In this document: positions 47,984 through 56,292 of the stretch, one piece after another | Numbering within the stretch: position 1 is the first letter of the stretch | Layout of the letters: each line of letters begins with the position of its first letter | NCBI GenBank assembly: GCA_963753435.1 | Contig: CAVWCF010000001.1 | Span: forward strand, 1,344,001 to 1,408,000 | DNA: 64,000 bases | From: an uncultured Actinomycetota bacterium | Lineage (GTDB): Bacteria; Actinomycetota; Actinomycetes; CAVWCF01 | Direction of reading: 5' to 3' | Translations under genes and position numbers: made by a program | Notes under the pieces: generated by a model | Seen by the model: only the letters and a program-made list of their open reading frames with translations | The model's database searches: none | What the model was told of the DNA's origin: nothing

Positions 47984-47997
47984 GTGGCCAAAGTCCC
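47984..47997 (-). promoter_or_regulatory. DosR/DevR-like box upstream of sqr
   Basis: GGGACTTTGGCCAC on the minus strand, about 50 nt upstream of the start. Confidence 0.5.
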
Positions 47998-48036
47998 CGC
48001 GCGCAGTGTGATCTGGGCGACATGGCGGCTGTCGAC

Positions 48037-49431
48037 CTAGCCCGGCGGACCTTCCACCAGGGTGGACTGCAAAGCCACCTCCAGCAACTCGTCCCCCAAT
48101 GGATCCTCCGGGTGGGGCCGGATTCGCATGGTCGACGACTCCTCGCCCGGCGGGGGTGGCTCGGTCCGGTACCGGGCACCGTGAGGACTCACCCACTGCA
48201 GGCCGCCCGCCCGGCCCTGGTCAGGCTGGACCGACCAGCCCGACTCGTGCTTGAACCGGTGATGGCGCCGACACAAGGCAGCCAGATTGGCTGCAGCAGT
48301 TGGGCCCTCCGGGAAACGGACTGTGTGGTCGAGATCGCACCCCGTCGCCCGTCGCCGACAGCCCGGGAATCGACAGTAGCCATCCCGGACCCGCACGAAC
48401 CGGTCCAAATCGGTCGGCGGGGCGTAGCGGGTCCGACCGACGTCCAGAACGGTCCCTGCAGCGGGGTCGGTGAGGATGCGCCGCCACGTGGCCTCCTTGG
48501 CCAACTCCTTGGCCAGGTCCGCAGGAATGGGCCCGCACCCGGAGAGATCTGCGGGCTCCCCGTCGAGGCCAAGCAACGACGTGATCGACACGGTGAGGTG
48601 CAGTTGCGGACGCGGACGCGACTCGGGCGTGCCAGCCAGCAACTCCACGAACGCGTCCGCTCGTCGCTGATCGGCAGTCCGCGGGTCACTGCCTTGCTTG
48701 CGGCCGGCAGCTTGGTTGAGCACTGTGTTGATTGCGGCCGCGTCCGAAGCGGAAAGCAGTGCCCACAGTTCAGCCATTCCGTCATCGGTGGGGGTAATGG
48801 TCACGTGCCGAGACCTCTGCGCCTCGGCCACGCGGTCCGCAGCTGTGGGGCCGAGTGCGATCACGGCACGGCGCAGGCAGGCACGCAGTTGTGCCAGGGT
48901 CTGAAACTCAGCTCTGGGCAGCACTCGCCGCTCAAGTGCCGCGGTCGCATCCTCATCCAGCAGCGATACGGCGTCGATGATGGCCCTCACCTTGGCCGCA
49001 TCAATGCGTCCCGTGCGTAGCGCGCCGAGCGTCAGGGGCAAGCTCGCGCAAAGAGTCACCGCATCCCGAACTTTGGTCTCAGCAGCCCGCGGGGACCATT
49101 TGAGAACCGAGCCCACCTCCAGCGCCGCGGGCGCTAGCGGGGACATACCCGCCGGCGCCGGTATCTCCGGCTCGCGGGCGGCGAACTCCGCGATCAATTC
49201 CGCTTCCCGCGCCTGCAGCCAGGCGATTGCCCGCGCCGTATCGGACAGGGCGTTCAGGAGTTGGTCGGGCGACGCAGTGCTGTGGTCGAAGCCGGCCAAC
49301 TCGTAGGACACGTCGGCTGACTGAACCGGACGATCAGGGTCCGGGTAGGTGCTAGGCCCCGACAACGCCGCTGCTTGGTGCATGAACCGGACGCTAGAAA
49401 CAGGGTCCGACACGGCGCCGCCACAATCCAC
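48037..49431 (-). CDS. DUF222 + HNH endonuclease protein (REP13E12-like)
   Basis: QRRADAF, RRILTDP, RDGYCRFPGC, CDLDH and NLAALCRRHHRFKH; start uncertain. Confidence 0.9.
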   Translation of the reverse strand: MDCGGAVSDPVSSVRFMHQAAALSGPSTYPDPDRPVQSADVSYELAGFDHSTASPDQLLNALSDTARAIAWLQAREAELIAEFAAREPEIPAPAGMSPLAPAALEVGSVLKWSPRAAETKVRDAVTLCASLPLTLGALRTGRIDAAKVRAIIDAVSLLDEDATAALERRVLPRAEFQTLAQLRACLRRAVIALGPTAADRVAEAQRSRHVTITPTDDGMAELWALLSASDAAAINTVLNQAAGRKQGSDPRTADQRRADAFVELLAGTPESRPRPQLHLTVSITSLLGLDGEPADLSGCGPIPADLAKELAKEATWRRILTDPAAGTVLDVGRTRYAPPTDLDRFVRVRDGYCRFPGCRRRATGCDLDHTVRFPEGPTAAANLAALCRRHHRFKHESGWSVQPDQGRAGGLQWVSPHGARYRTEPPPPGEESSTMRIRPHPEDPLGDELLEVALQSTLVEGPPG

Positions 49432-49508
49432 ATGGCGTCAGGGTTCCCCCGGCCAGGCAGTGACTCCGAATCCGAAACGGCGGCGTGACCTCTCGCTGCG
49501 TCCAGCGC

Positions 49509-50735
49509 TCAGGCGAATGCCTGACCCGGCTCGATCTCAACGGTGTCATGGTGGATGCCGTCGCGATCGAGAATGGCCAGATACGGGTCCGGGTCAAAGG
49601 AGTCCGCGGACAAGACACCGACACCCGACCACGCGCCGTCGGCGAGCAACTCCATCGCCACGACCGGATTGAATCCCGCCTGCCATGCGACTGGTTGAAG
49701 TCCGAACCGCTCCACCGTGTCTTGGGCATCGCACATCTGGTAGCTGAAGATCTCGCGCGCTTTCCCATCCTTCATGCCCGTGACGTGGGTTCCTACGATC
49801 ACGCGCCCGGTCATGTGATCCCCCAGCGTCGCCGGGTCAGGGACTAGCGCTGCCACAACGTTGCGGGGGATGACCAGCTGACCATCAACCTCAATCGCAT
49901 CGGTGCGATCGAGGCCGATCGCGTGGAGCACCTTTAGGGCGCCGATGAACTCCTCGCCGAGGGCGAACTTGAAGGTGACTCGCCTGGCATCAAGCACCCG
50001 AGGGATCATCGCGACGTCTTCATGCTCGACGTGCACACACTCCACGGGTCCGATGCCCTCGGGGAATATGAACTTCTCCGGTTCTGCGAACGGTGGGACC
50101 GTGAAGAAGCCGCGTTCCTTCTCCCAGACCAAAGGCGGGTTGAGGCACTCCTCGATCGTGGTCCAGATGGAGAAGACCGTCGCGAATGGGTAGTCCTGAA
50201 TCCGCAGGTCCCCGCCCGCGCGGATGTTCACATCGTGCACCTCGTCAAAGAGGTGCTTGGAAGCGTGCGCGGCGAACACTTGCGCGAGCCCGGGGCTGAC
50301 CCCTTGCCCGATCAGCGCCAGCCGACCTTTCTCACGCCACGCAGCGTCGAGCGCGAACTGATCATCACCCAGCTTCACACCGACGGCCGAATAGGGGTTG
50401 GCTGCATCCGGGGAAGAGACACTGAGGGCCATGTCCATGTAATCGACATCGGCCGCCAAGGCCCCCGTGAAGATCGGCATGACGAAGCGCGGATCAGCGG
50501 CGTTCATCACGAGGTCGACCCCGTGCGATCGAGCCAGCGACTCGACCGCGGATGCGTCGGAGGCGTCCAACTGGGCCACGCTGTGGAGTTCCGGCGCGCC
50601 GATCGCGCTGGCGACCTCCTGCGCTCGAACTACATCCTGATCGGCCAGGATCATGTGCTCCAACCACGGTCGACCGGCACTGAGCCGCGCAATCGCCTCG
50701 CCGACGGTTCCGATCCCGATCAACAGTACTTTCAC
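49509..50735 (-). CDS. Saccharopine dehydrogenase-like oxidoreductase
   Basis: IGIGTVG, NAADPRF, FSIWTTIEECLNPP, HVEHED and FDPDPYL. Confidence 0.87.
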   Translation of the reverse strand: MKVLLIGIGTVGEAIARLSAGRPWLEHMILADQDVVRAQEVASAIGAPELHSVAQLDASDASAVESLARSHGVDLVMNAADPRFVMPIFTGALAADVDYMDMALSVSSPDAANPYSAVGVKLGDDQFALDAAWREKGRLALIGQGVSPGLAQVFAAHASKHLFDEVHDVNIRAGGDLRIQDYPFATVFSIWTTIEECLNPPLVWEKERGFFTVPPFAEPEKFIFPEGIGPVECVHVEHEDVAMIPRVLDARRVTFKFALGEEFIGALKVLHAIGLDRTDAIEVDGQLVIPRNVVAALVPDPATLGDHMTGRVIVGTHVTGMKDGKAREIFSYQMCDAQDTVERFGLQPVAWQAGFNPVVAMELLADGAWSGVGVLSADSFDPDPYLAILDRDGIHHDTVEIEPGQAFA

Positions 50736-50856
50736 ATCACACCTCTACTTGGTCGCCCGGTCGTCTCGCCGACTAGGTGAACCTACTGCGCAGCCAGGCG
50801 AGGTGCGCGCGCAAGTCGGTCGGGCGAGGAAGGCGCCCCACGGGCTGCCCCACGAG

Positions 50857-50892
50857 CAAAGGCCCCGACCGCGTTTCCGCTGGTCGGGGCCT
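50857..50892 (-). terminator. tRNA-Leu terminator
   Basis: AGGCCCCGACC / GGTCGGGGCCT stem followed by T residues on the minus strand. Confidence 0.7.
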
Positions 50893-50903
50893 CATTTGCA
50901 CCG

Positions 50904-50987
50904 TGCGCGAGGGGGGAGTTGAACCCCCACGCCCTTTCGGGCACACGGACCTGAACCGTGCGCGTCTGCCTGTTCCGCCACTCGCGC
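50904..50987 (-). tRNA. tRNA-Leu(CAG)
   Basis: Reverse complement GCGCGAGTGGCGGAACAGGCAGACGCGCACGGTT-CAG-GTCCGTGTGCCCGAAAGGGCGTGGGGGTTCAACTCCCCCCTCGCGCA. Confidence 0.97.
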
Positions 50988-51102
50988 GCGCCGGCGAACT
51001 GTATCAGCCATCACGCGATGCGATTCCGGCTCAGACGGGCGGTCCTCACTAGGCTGAAGCCCGTTCCAGTCGCCCACGGCGACCAAGAGATCGGGGTCTG
51101 CA

Positions 51103-51792
51103 TTGAGTCTGCTCGGCCGGTTCGAGCAACGGTTGGAGAAGCTGGTCAGCGGCTCCTTCGGCCGGGCCTTCCGCTCCGACCTGCAACCGGTGGAGGTTGC
51201 CGCCGCGCTGCAGCGCGAGTGCGACGATCGCGCCGCGGTCATCGACACCGACCGGACGCTGGTCCCCAACGCGTTCGTTGTTGAGATCGCGCCCCCGGAT
51301 GCCGATCGGCTCGACCCCTACTTGGCGCCGCTCACCTCGGAGTTGGCGACCATGGTGGCCGAGCACGTCGCCGCGCAGCGCTACCAGACCGTCAGCTCGG
51401 TGAAGGTGGGCTTCGAGACCCACGAGGACCTGCACACCGGGATGTTCCGGATCCGCAGCGCGGTGGAGGGCGGCGTGATCCCGGTGACACCGGTGCCGTT
51501 GGACACCGAGACGGTCGGCCCGCGCCTGATCGCCGGCGACACTGTTTACCCGCTGGCCCGGGACGTGACCGTGATCGGGCGGGGCACGGACGTGGACTTG
51601 CGCCTGGAGGACCCCGGGGTGTCCCGGCGGCACTGTCGGGTACGGCTGCGCGACGGCTACCCGTTCGTCCAAGACCTTGGCTCCACCAACGGCACCTTCG
51701 TCGACGGCAAGCGCATCACCGAATCGGTCGAGGTCGACGACGGTGCCGTCATCACCCTGGGTGGGGCCACCCTGACGCTGCGATTGACCTGA
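51103..51792 (+). CDS. fhaA: FhaA (DUF3662 + FHA)
   Basis: FE.RLE..V...F.R.F...QPVEVA; FHA motifs IGRG, VSRRH and DLGSTNGT. Confidence 0.92.
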   Translation: MSLLGRFEQRLEKLVSGSFGRAFRSDLQPVEVAAALQRECDDRAAVIDTDRTLVPNAFVVEIAPPDADRLDPYLAPLTSELATMVAEHVAAQRYQTVSSVKVGFETHEDLHTGMFRIRSAVEGGVIPVTPVPLDTETVGPRLIAGDTVYPLARDVTVIGRGTDVDLRLEDPGVSRRHCRVRLRDGYPFVQDLGSTNGTFVDGKRITESVEVDDGAVITLGGATLTLRLT

Positions 51793-52265
51793 TGTCCGAC
51801 GTCACGCTGCTGTTGCTGCGGCTGTCCTTCCTGGCCCTGCTGTGGCTGTTCGTGCTGCTCGTTGTGGCCGTGCTCCGCGCGGAGTTGGCGCCCAAGCGGA
51901 CCGGAGCCCCGGGATCGAGTAAGGCCCGTGGACCGGCGAAGGCCAAGGCGAAGCCGGCGGCCAAGCCCAGCAAGTCGGCCGGAGCTGTTCTTGTCACGCT
52001 GCACACCGCCGCCGGTTCGCGCGCAGTCGAACTCGACGGCGACCAGATCACCTTCGGTCGCAATGCCGACAACAACGTGACGCTTACTGATGACTACGCC
52101 TCCGGCCACCACTGCCGCCTCGTCCGCGACGGCAAGACCTGGCGCTTAGAGGACACCGGCTCGACCAACGGCACCTACGTCAAAGGCAATCGGATCAACG
52201 CGCCCGTGCGGCTCAAGGCGGGCAGTCGGTTCACCATCGGCAGCACCGAGATCGAGATCTCGTGA
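51792..52265 (+). CDS. fhaB: FhaB/FipA (TM + FHA)
   Basis: FLALLWLFV; FGR, DDYAS..H and GSTNGT. Confidence 0.9.
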   Translation: MSDVTLLLLRLSFLALLWLFVLLVVAVLRAELAPKRTGAPGSSKARGPAKAKAKPAAKPSKSAGAVLVTLHTAAGSRAVELDGDQITFGRNADNNVTLTDDYASGHHCRLVRDGKTWRLEDTGSTNGTYVKGNRINAPVRLKAGSRFTIGSTEIEIS

Positions 52266-53458
52266 CGCTGGGTCTGCGCACCGCCGGACGCTCCGACGTC
52301 GGACTGGTACGAGCCGGAAACGAGGACTCCGGCTTTGCTCAGGACGGACCGCAGGCGCTGCTGGTCGTTGCCGATGGCATGGGTGGGCACGCCGCCGGCG
52401 AGGTCGCCAGCCGCCTCGCCACGGAACAAGTGGTGGAGCGCGCTCCAACCCAAGCCAGTACACCGGACCCCGATCCGGCGGAGGCGCTGCGAAAGGTGGT
52501 GGCTGAGGCCGACGCCGCCGTAGCGGCGGCCGTTCGCCAGCAGGCGGAACGTGCTGGGATGGGCACCACCCTCACGATCGCCTTGCTCGACGCTGACGAA
52601 CTGGTTGTGGCGCAGGTGGGTGACTCTCGCGGCTATCTGCTGCGTGACGGCGAGTTGACCCAACTCACCCACGACCAGACCTATGTACAGACGCTGATCG
52701 ACGACGGCCAACTCACCGCCGACGAGGCCGCCGAGCACCCGGCCCGATCGGTCCTGACGCAGGCAGTTGACGGTTCCGGGCACGCCGAACCGGTCATCTC
52801 GCGGATCCCCGTCCGCGCCGGTGACCGAGTGCTGTTGTGCAGCGACGGTTTGACGGCGGTCGTAGCCGACGCGGAACTGGCACAACTGCTGGCCGATGAC
52901 TCGGTGGATCGAGTAGTCGACGCGCTGGTCCGCGCCGCCCTGGATGGCGGTGCGCCGGACAACGTCACCGTGGTCGTGGCCGACGTCGTCGAGGACGGCC
53001 CGACCAGTGCGCCCATGTGGCTTGGGGCGGCAACCCCACACCCGCCCGCGACCTCGGAGTCGCCGGACCTGGCCAGCGAGGACGACGCTGAGGCGGACCA
53101 GCCGCGCGGGGGCCCCCTGGGGCTGCTCGGCCTGGCCCTGGCCCTCAGTGGTCTGGCGGTGATCGCGTTCGCGGGCGCCCACGCCTGGGCGTCCAACCAA
53201 TGGCAGGTTGGCGAGCGGGACGGGCGCGTGGCGGTCTACCGCGGACTGCCCGAAGGTCTACTTGGGCTGCCCACCGGTGGGCCCGTGTCGATTTCCGAGG
53301 TGCGGGTCGCGAACCTGCCCGCCATCGAGAAGGCCTCCGTCGAGTCCGGGTTGGCTGCTGACGACGAGCTCGACGCCCGTGCGATTCTCGACCGGCTGCG
53401 AGCGGCCGAACGGCTGTGCGTCCAGGCCGATCCGGAACCGGGGTGCCCCGGGAGATGA
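52262..53458 (+). CDS. pstP: PP2C Ser/Thr phosphatase
   Basis: GLVR..NED, VADGMGGH, GDSR, LCSDGL and DNVT; C-terminal TM. Confidence 0.93.
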   Translation: MTLGLRTAGRSDVGLVRAGNEDSGFAQDGPQALLVVADGMGGHAAGEVASRLATEQVVERAPTQASTPDPDPAEALRKVVAEADAAVAAAVRQQAERAGMGTTLTIALLDADELVVAQVGDSRGYLLRDGELTQLTHDQTYVQTLIDDGQLTADEAAEHPARSVLTQAVDGSGHAEPVISRIPVRAGDRVLLCSDGLTAVVADAELAQLLADDSVDRVVDALVRAALDGGAPDNVTVVVADVVEDGPTSAPMWLGAATPHPPATSESPDLASEDDAEADQPRGGPLGLLGLALALSGLAVIAFAGAHAWASNQWQVGERDGRVAVYRGLPEGLLGLPTGGPVSISEVRVANLPAIEKASVESGLAADDELDARAILDRLRAAERLCVQADPEPGCPGR

Positions 53459-54831
53459 CGGCCACGCGCAACCGGGAAGCTGCATTGCTGCTGGCGGCTT
53501 TGGTGGCGGTGGCGTTCGCCTGGGGCCAGGTTCAAGAGGCCATGACCGGCAGCCTCGGCGACCGTTTCTGGCTGGTCGTGGCCGGGTTCGCGGCGCTGGC
53601 CGCAGCGGCGCACTTGATGGTCCGACGGTTCGCGCCCGCAGCCGACCCGGCGTTGCTGCCGGCGGTGGTGCTGCTCAACGGCCTAGGTCTGGCGATGATC
53701 CATCGGCTGGACCTGGGCGAGGCCAACCGCGCTGAAGCCGCCGGGCTGGCGGCGCCGCAGGCGACCGCTCCGTCGCAGTTGCTCTGGACCGCGCTCTCCG
53801 TGGTGTCCTTCGCGCTCATCCTGATCTGGATCCGGGATCACCGGGTGCTGCAGCGGTACACGTTCACGGCGATGGTGGTGGGCCTGGTCCTGCTGCTGCT
53901 GCCGCTGCTTCCGGTGCTGGGCGTGACGATCAACGGCGCACGCATCTGGGTGCGGGCGCTCGGGCTGTCGTTTCAGCCGGCCGAGGTGGCCAAGGTGCTG
54001 CTGATCATCTTTTTCGCCGGCTACCTGACCCGGCAGCGGGACAGCCTGCGATCGATCCGGGCCCATGTGCTCGGGGTCCCCGTCCCGCGTGCGAAGGACC
54101 TCGGTCCGATCCTGCTCGCCTGGGCCGTTTCCATGGGCGTGCTCATCTTCGAGCGCGACCTGGGTGCCGCCCTGCTGCTCTTCGGCGTTTTCGTCGTCAT
54201 GCTCGCGGTCGCTACCGAACGATTCAGTTGGGTGCTGCTCGGCGCAGTCCTATTCGCGGCCGGGGCCTTCGTCGCGTACCAGTTGTTCGGTCACGTGCGG
54301 ACCCGTGTGGACATCTGGCTGGACCCGTTCGCCGACCCCAGCGGTTCCGGCTACCAAGTGGTGCAGAGCCTCTACGGACTGGCAAACGGCGGGCTGCTCG
54401 GGGCCGGCTGGGGGCAGGGGTCCCCGGGACTGGTGCCGTTCGCCAAGACCGACTTCATCGTGTCCGCCCTCGGTGAGGAACTCGGCCTGACCGGTCTCAT
54501 GGTGGTGGTCCTCGTCTACCTAGTGCTCGTACAGCGTGGCATCGCCACCGGACTGCGCGTCCGCGATGTGTTCGGGCGGCTGCTGGCCACCGGGCTGGCC
54601 TTCGTCATCGGCTTCCAGGTCTTCGTCATCATCGGCGGCGTTTCCGGCCTCATCCCACTGACCGGCCTGACCACCCCGTTCCTGTCCGCAGGTGGGTCCT
54701 CGCTGCTGGCCAACTGGGTGATCGTCGCGCTGTTGATGCGGGTGTCCGACGCAGCCCGGCGGCCGCCGCCGCCCCCGCCGCCGGCCCCGGAGCAGGCCGC
54801 AACCCAGGTAGTGCCGGTGGTGCCCTCATGA
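53455..54831 (+). CDS. rodA: SEDS glycosyltransferase RodA/FtsW
   Basis: NGARIW, FQPAEVAK, RDLG, TDF...LGEELG and IPLTGLTTPFLSAGGSS. Confidence 0.94.
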   Translation: MTATRNREAALLLAALVAVAFAWGQVQEAMTGSLGDRFWLVVAGFAALAAAAHLMVRRFAPAADPALLPAVVLLNGLGLAMIHRLDLGEANRAEAAGLAAPQATAPSQLLWTALSVVSFALILIWIRDHRVLQRYTFTAMVVGLVLLLLPLLPVLGVTINGARIWVRALGLSFQPAEVAKVLLIIFFAGYLTRQRDSLRSIRAHVLGVPVPRAKDLGPILLAWAVSMGVLIFERDLGAALLLFGVFVVMLAVATERFSWVLLGAVLFAAGAFVAYQLFGHVRTRVDIWLDPFADPSGSGYQVVQSLYGLANGGLLGAGWGQGSPGLVPFAKTDFIVSALGEELGLTGLMVVVLVYLVLVQRGIATGLRVRDVFGRLLATGLAFVIGFQVFVIIGGVSGLIPLTGLTTPFLSAGGSSLLANWVIVALLMRVSDAARRPPPPPPPAPEQAATQVVPVVPS

Positions 54832-56288
54832 TGGCCGGGTCGATCCGACGCACCGCGGTGATCCTCGGACTGCTGATGCTTGCGCTACTGGTCAACCTCT
54901 CGTTGATCCAGACCGTGCGCGCGGAGAACCTCAACGAACGAAACGACAACGCGCGCACGCTGATCCGTGAGTACTCCTACCCCCGCGGCCCCATCGTGGT
55001 CGGGGCCGATCCCGTTGCGGTGTCCGTGGCCGACCAAGGGACGCTGGAGTTCCTGCGCACGTACGCGACGGGTCCGCTGTACGCGCCGGCGACCGGCTTC
55101 TACTCACTGGTCTACGGACGCACCGCCATCGAGGAGGAGGAGAACTCCGTTCTCAGCGGTACGGACCCCGGGTTGTCCGCGGAACCACTGCTGGACTCGC
55201 TGCTGCGCCGCCCGACCGATCCGGGCAGCGTGCTGCTGACGCTCAACGCCGACGCCCAGCAGGCAGCCTTCGAAGGGCTCGGCCAACAGCGCGGCGCGGT
55301 CGTGGCACTGGAGCCGAACACCGGGCGGATCCTCGCTCTGGCGTCAACGCCGTCGTACGACCCGAACACCCTGTCCGGTCAGGACACCGCGGCGGTGAGC
55401 GATGCCTACAACGCCTACAACGAGGACCCCGATCAACCGCTGTTGAACCGACCGCTGGCCCGCACCTACCCACCAGGTTCGACGTTCAAGTTGGTGACCA
55501 GCGCAGCCGCGCTAATGAGCGGTGAGTACACGCCCGACACCGAGATCCCCGGCCCGGCCAGCCTGCCGCTGCCCGACACCAACATCTCGCTGTCGAACCT
55601 GGGCAAGCGCGCGTGCCTGGATGGAACCGTCACCCTCACTGAGGCGCTGCGTGTTTCGTGCAACACGGCCTTCGCACAGATCGGGCTGGACCTCGGCGCC
55701 GACGCCCTGCGCGAGCAGGCGGAGGCGTTCGGCTTCAACGACTCCTTCGATGTGCCCATGACGGCGGCCACCAGCGTGTTCCCGGACGATCTGAACCGGC
55801 CCCAGACGGCGCAGTCGGCGATCGGTCAGTTCGACGTTCGGGCGACGGCGCTGCAGATGGCACAGGTGACGGCGGCCATCGCCAACGGCGGCGAGTTGAT
55901 GAATCCCTACCTGGTCGATGAGGTCCGCGACTCCGACCTCGGCGTGCTGCGCCGAACGGTGCCGTCGGTCTTCAACCAATCGGTGACCCCAGAGGTGGCC
56001 GCCCAGCTGAACGCCATGATGGTTGACGTCGTGACGCGTGGCACGGGCCGCCCGGTCGCCATTCCTGGCGTCACGGTCGGCGGCAAGACCGGCACGGCGG
56101 AGACGGCACCCGGGGAGAATCCGCACGTTTGGTTCGTGGCGTTCGCGCCGGCGGAGCAGCCTCAGGTGGCCGTGGCGGTTGTGGTGGAGAACGGTGGCGA
56201 CCTGGGTTCAGAGGCCACCGGCGGCAGAGTTTCGGCCCCGATCGCGCGTGCCGTGATCGAGGCGGTGTTGGGATCTACGGGAGGATGA
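54828..56288 (+). CDS. pbpA: Class B penicillin-binding protein
   Basis: PGSTFK (SxxK), SCN and KTGTA. Confidence 0.94.
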   Translation: MMAGSIRRTAVILGLLMLALLVNLSLIQTVRAENLNERNDNARTLIREYSYPRGPIVVGADPVAVSVADQGTLEFLRTYATGPLYAPATGFYSLVYGRTAIEEEENSVLSGTDPGLSAEPLLDSLLRRPTDPGSVLLTLNADAQQAAFEGLGQQRGAVVALEPNTGRILALASTPSYDPNTLSGQDTAAVSDAYNAYNEDPDQPLLNRPLARTYPPGSTFKLVTSAAALMSGEYTPDTEIPGPASLPLPDTNISLSNLGKRACLDGTVTLTEALRVSCNTAFAQIGLDLGADALREQAEAFGFNDSFDVPMTAATSVFPDDLNRPQTAQSAIGQFDVRATALQMAQVTAAIANGGELMNPYLVDEVRDSDLGVLRRTVPSVFNQSVTPEVAAQLNAMMVDVVTRGTGRPVAIPGVTVGGKTGTAETAPGENPHVWFVAFAPAEQPQVAVAVVVENGGDLGSEATGGRVSAPIARAVIEAVLGSTGG

Positions 56289-56292
56289 GCCG

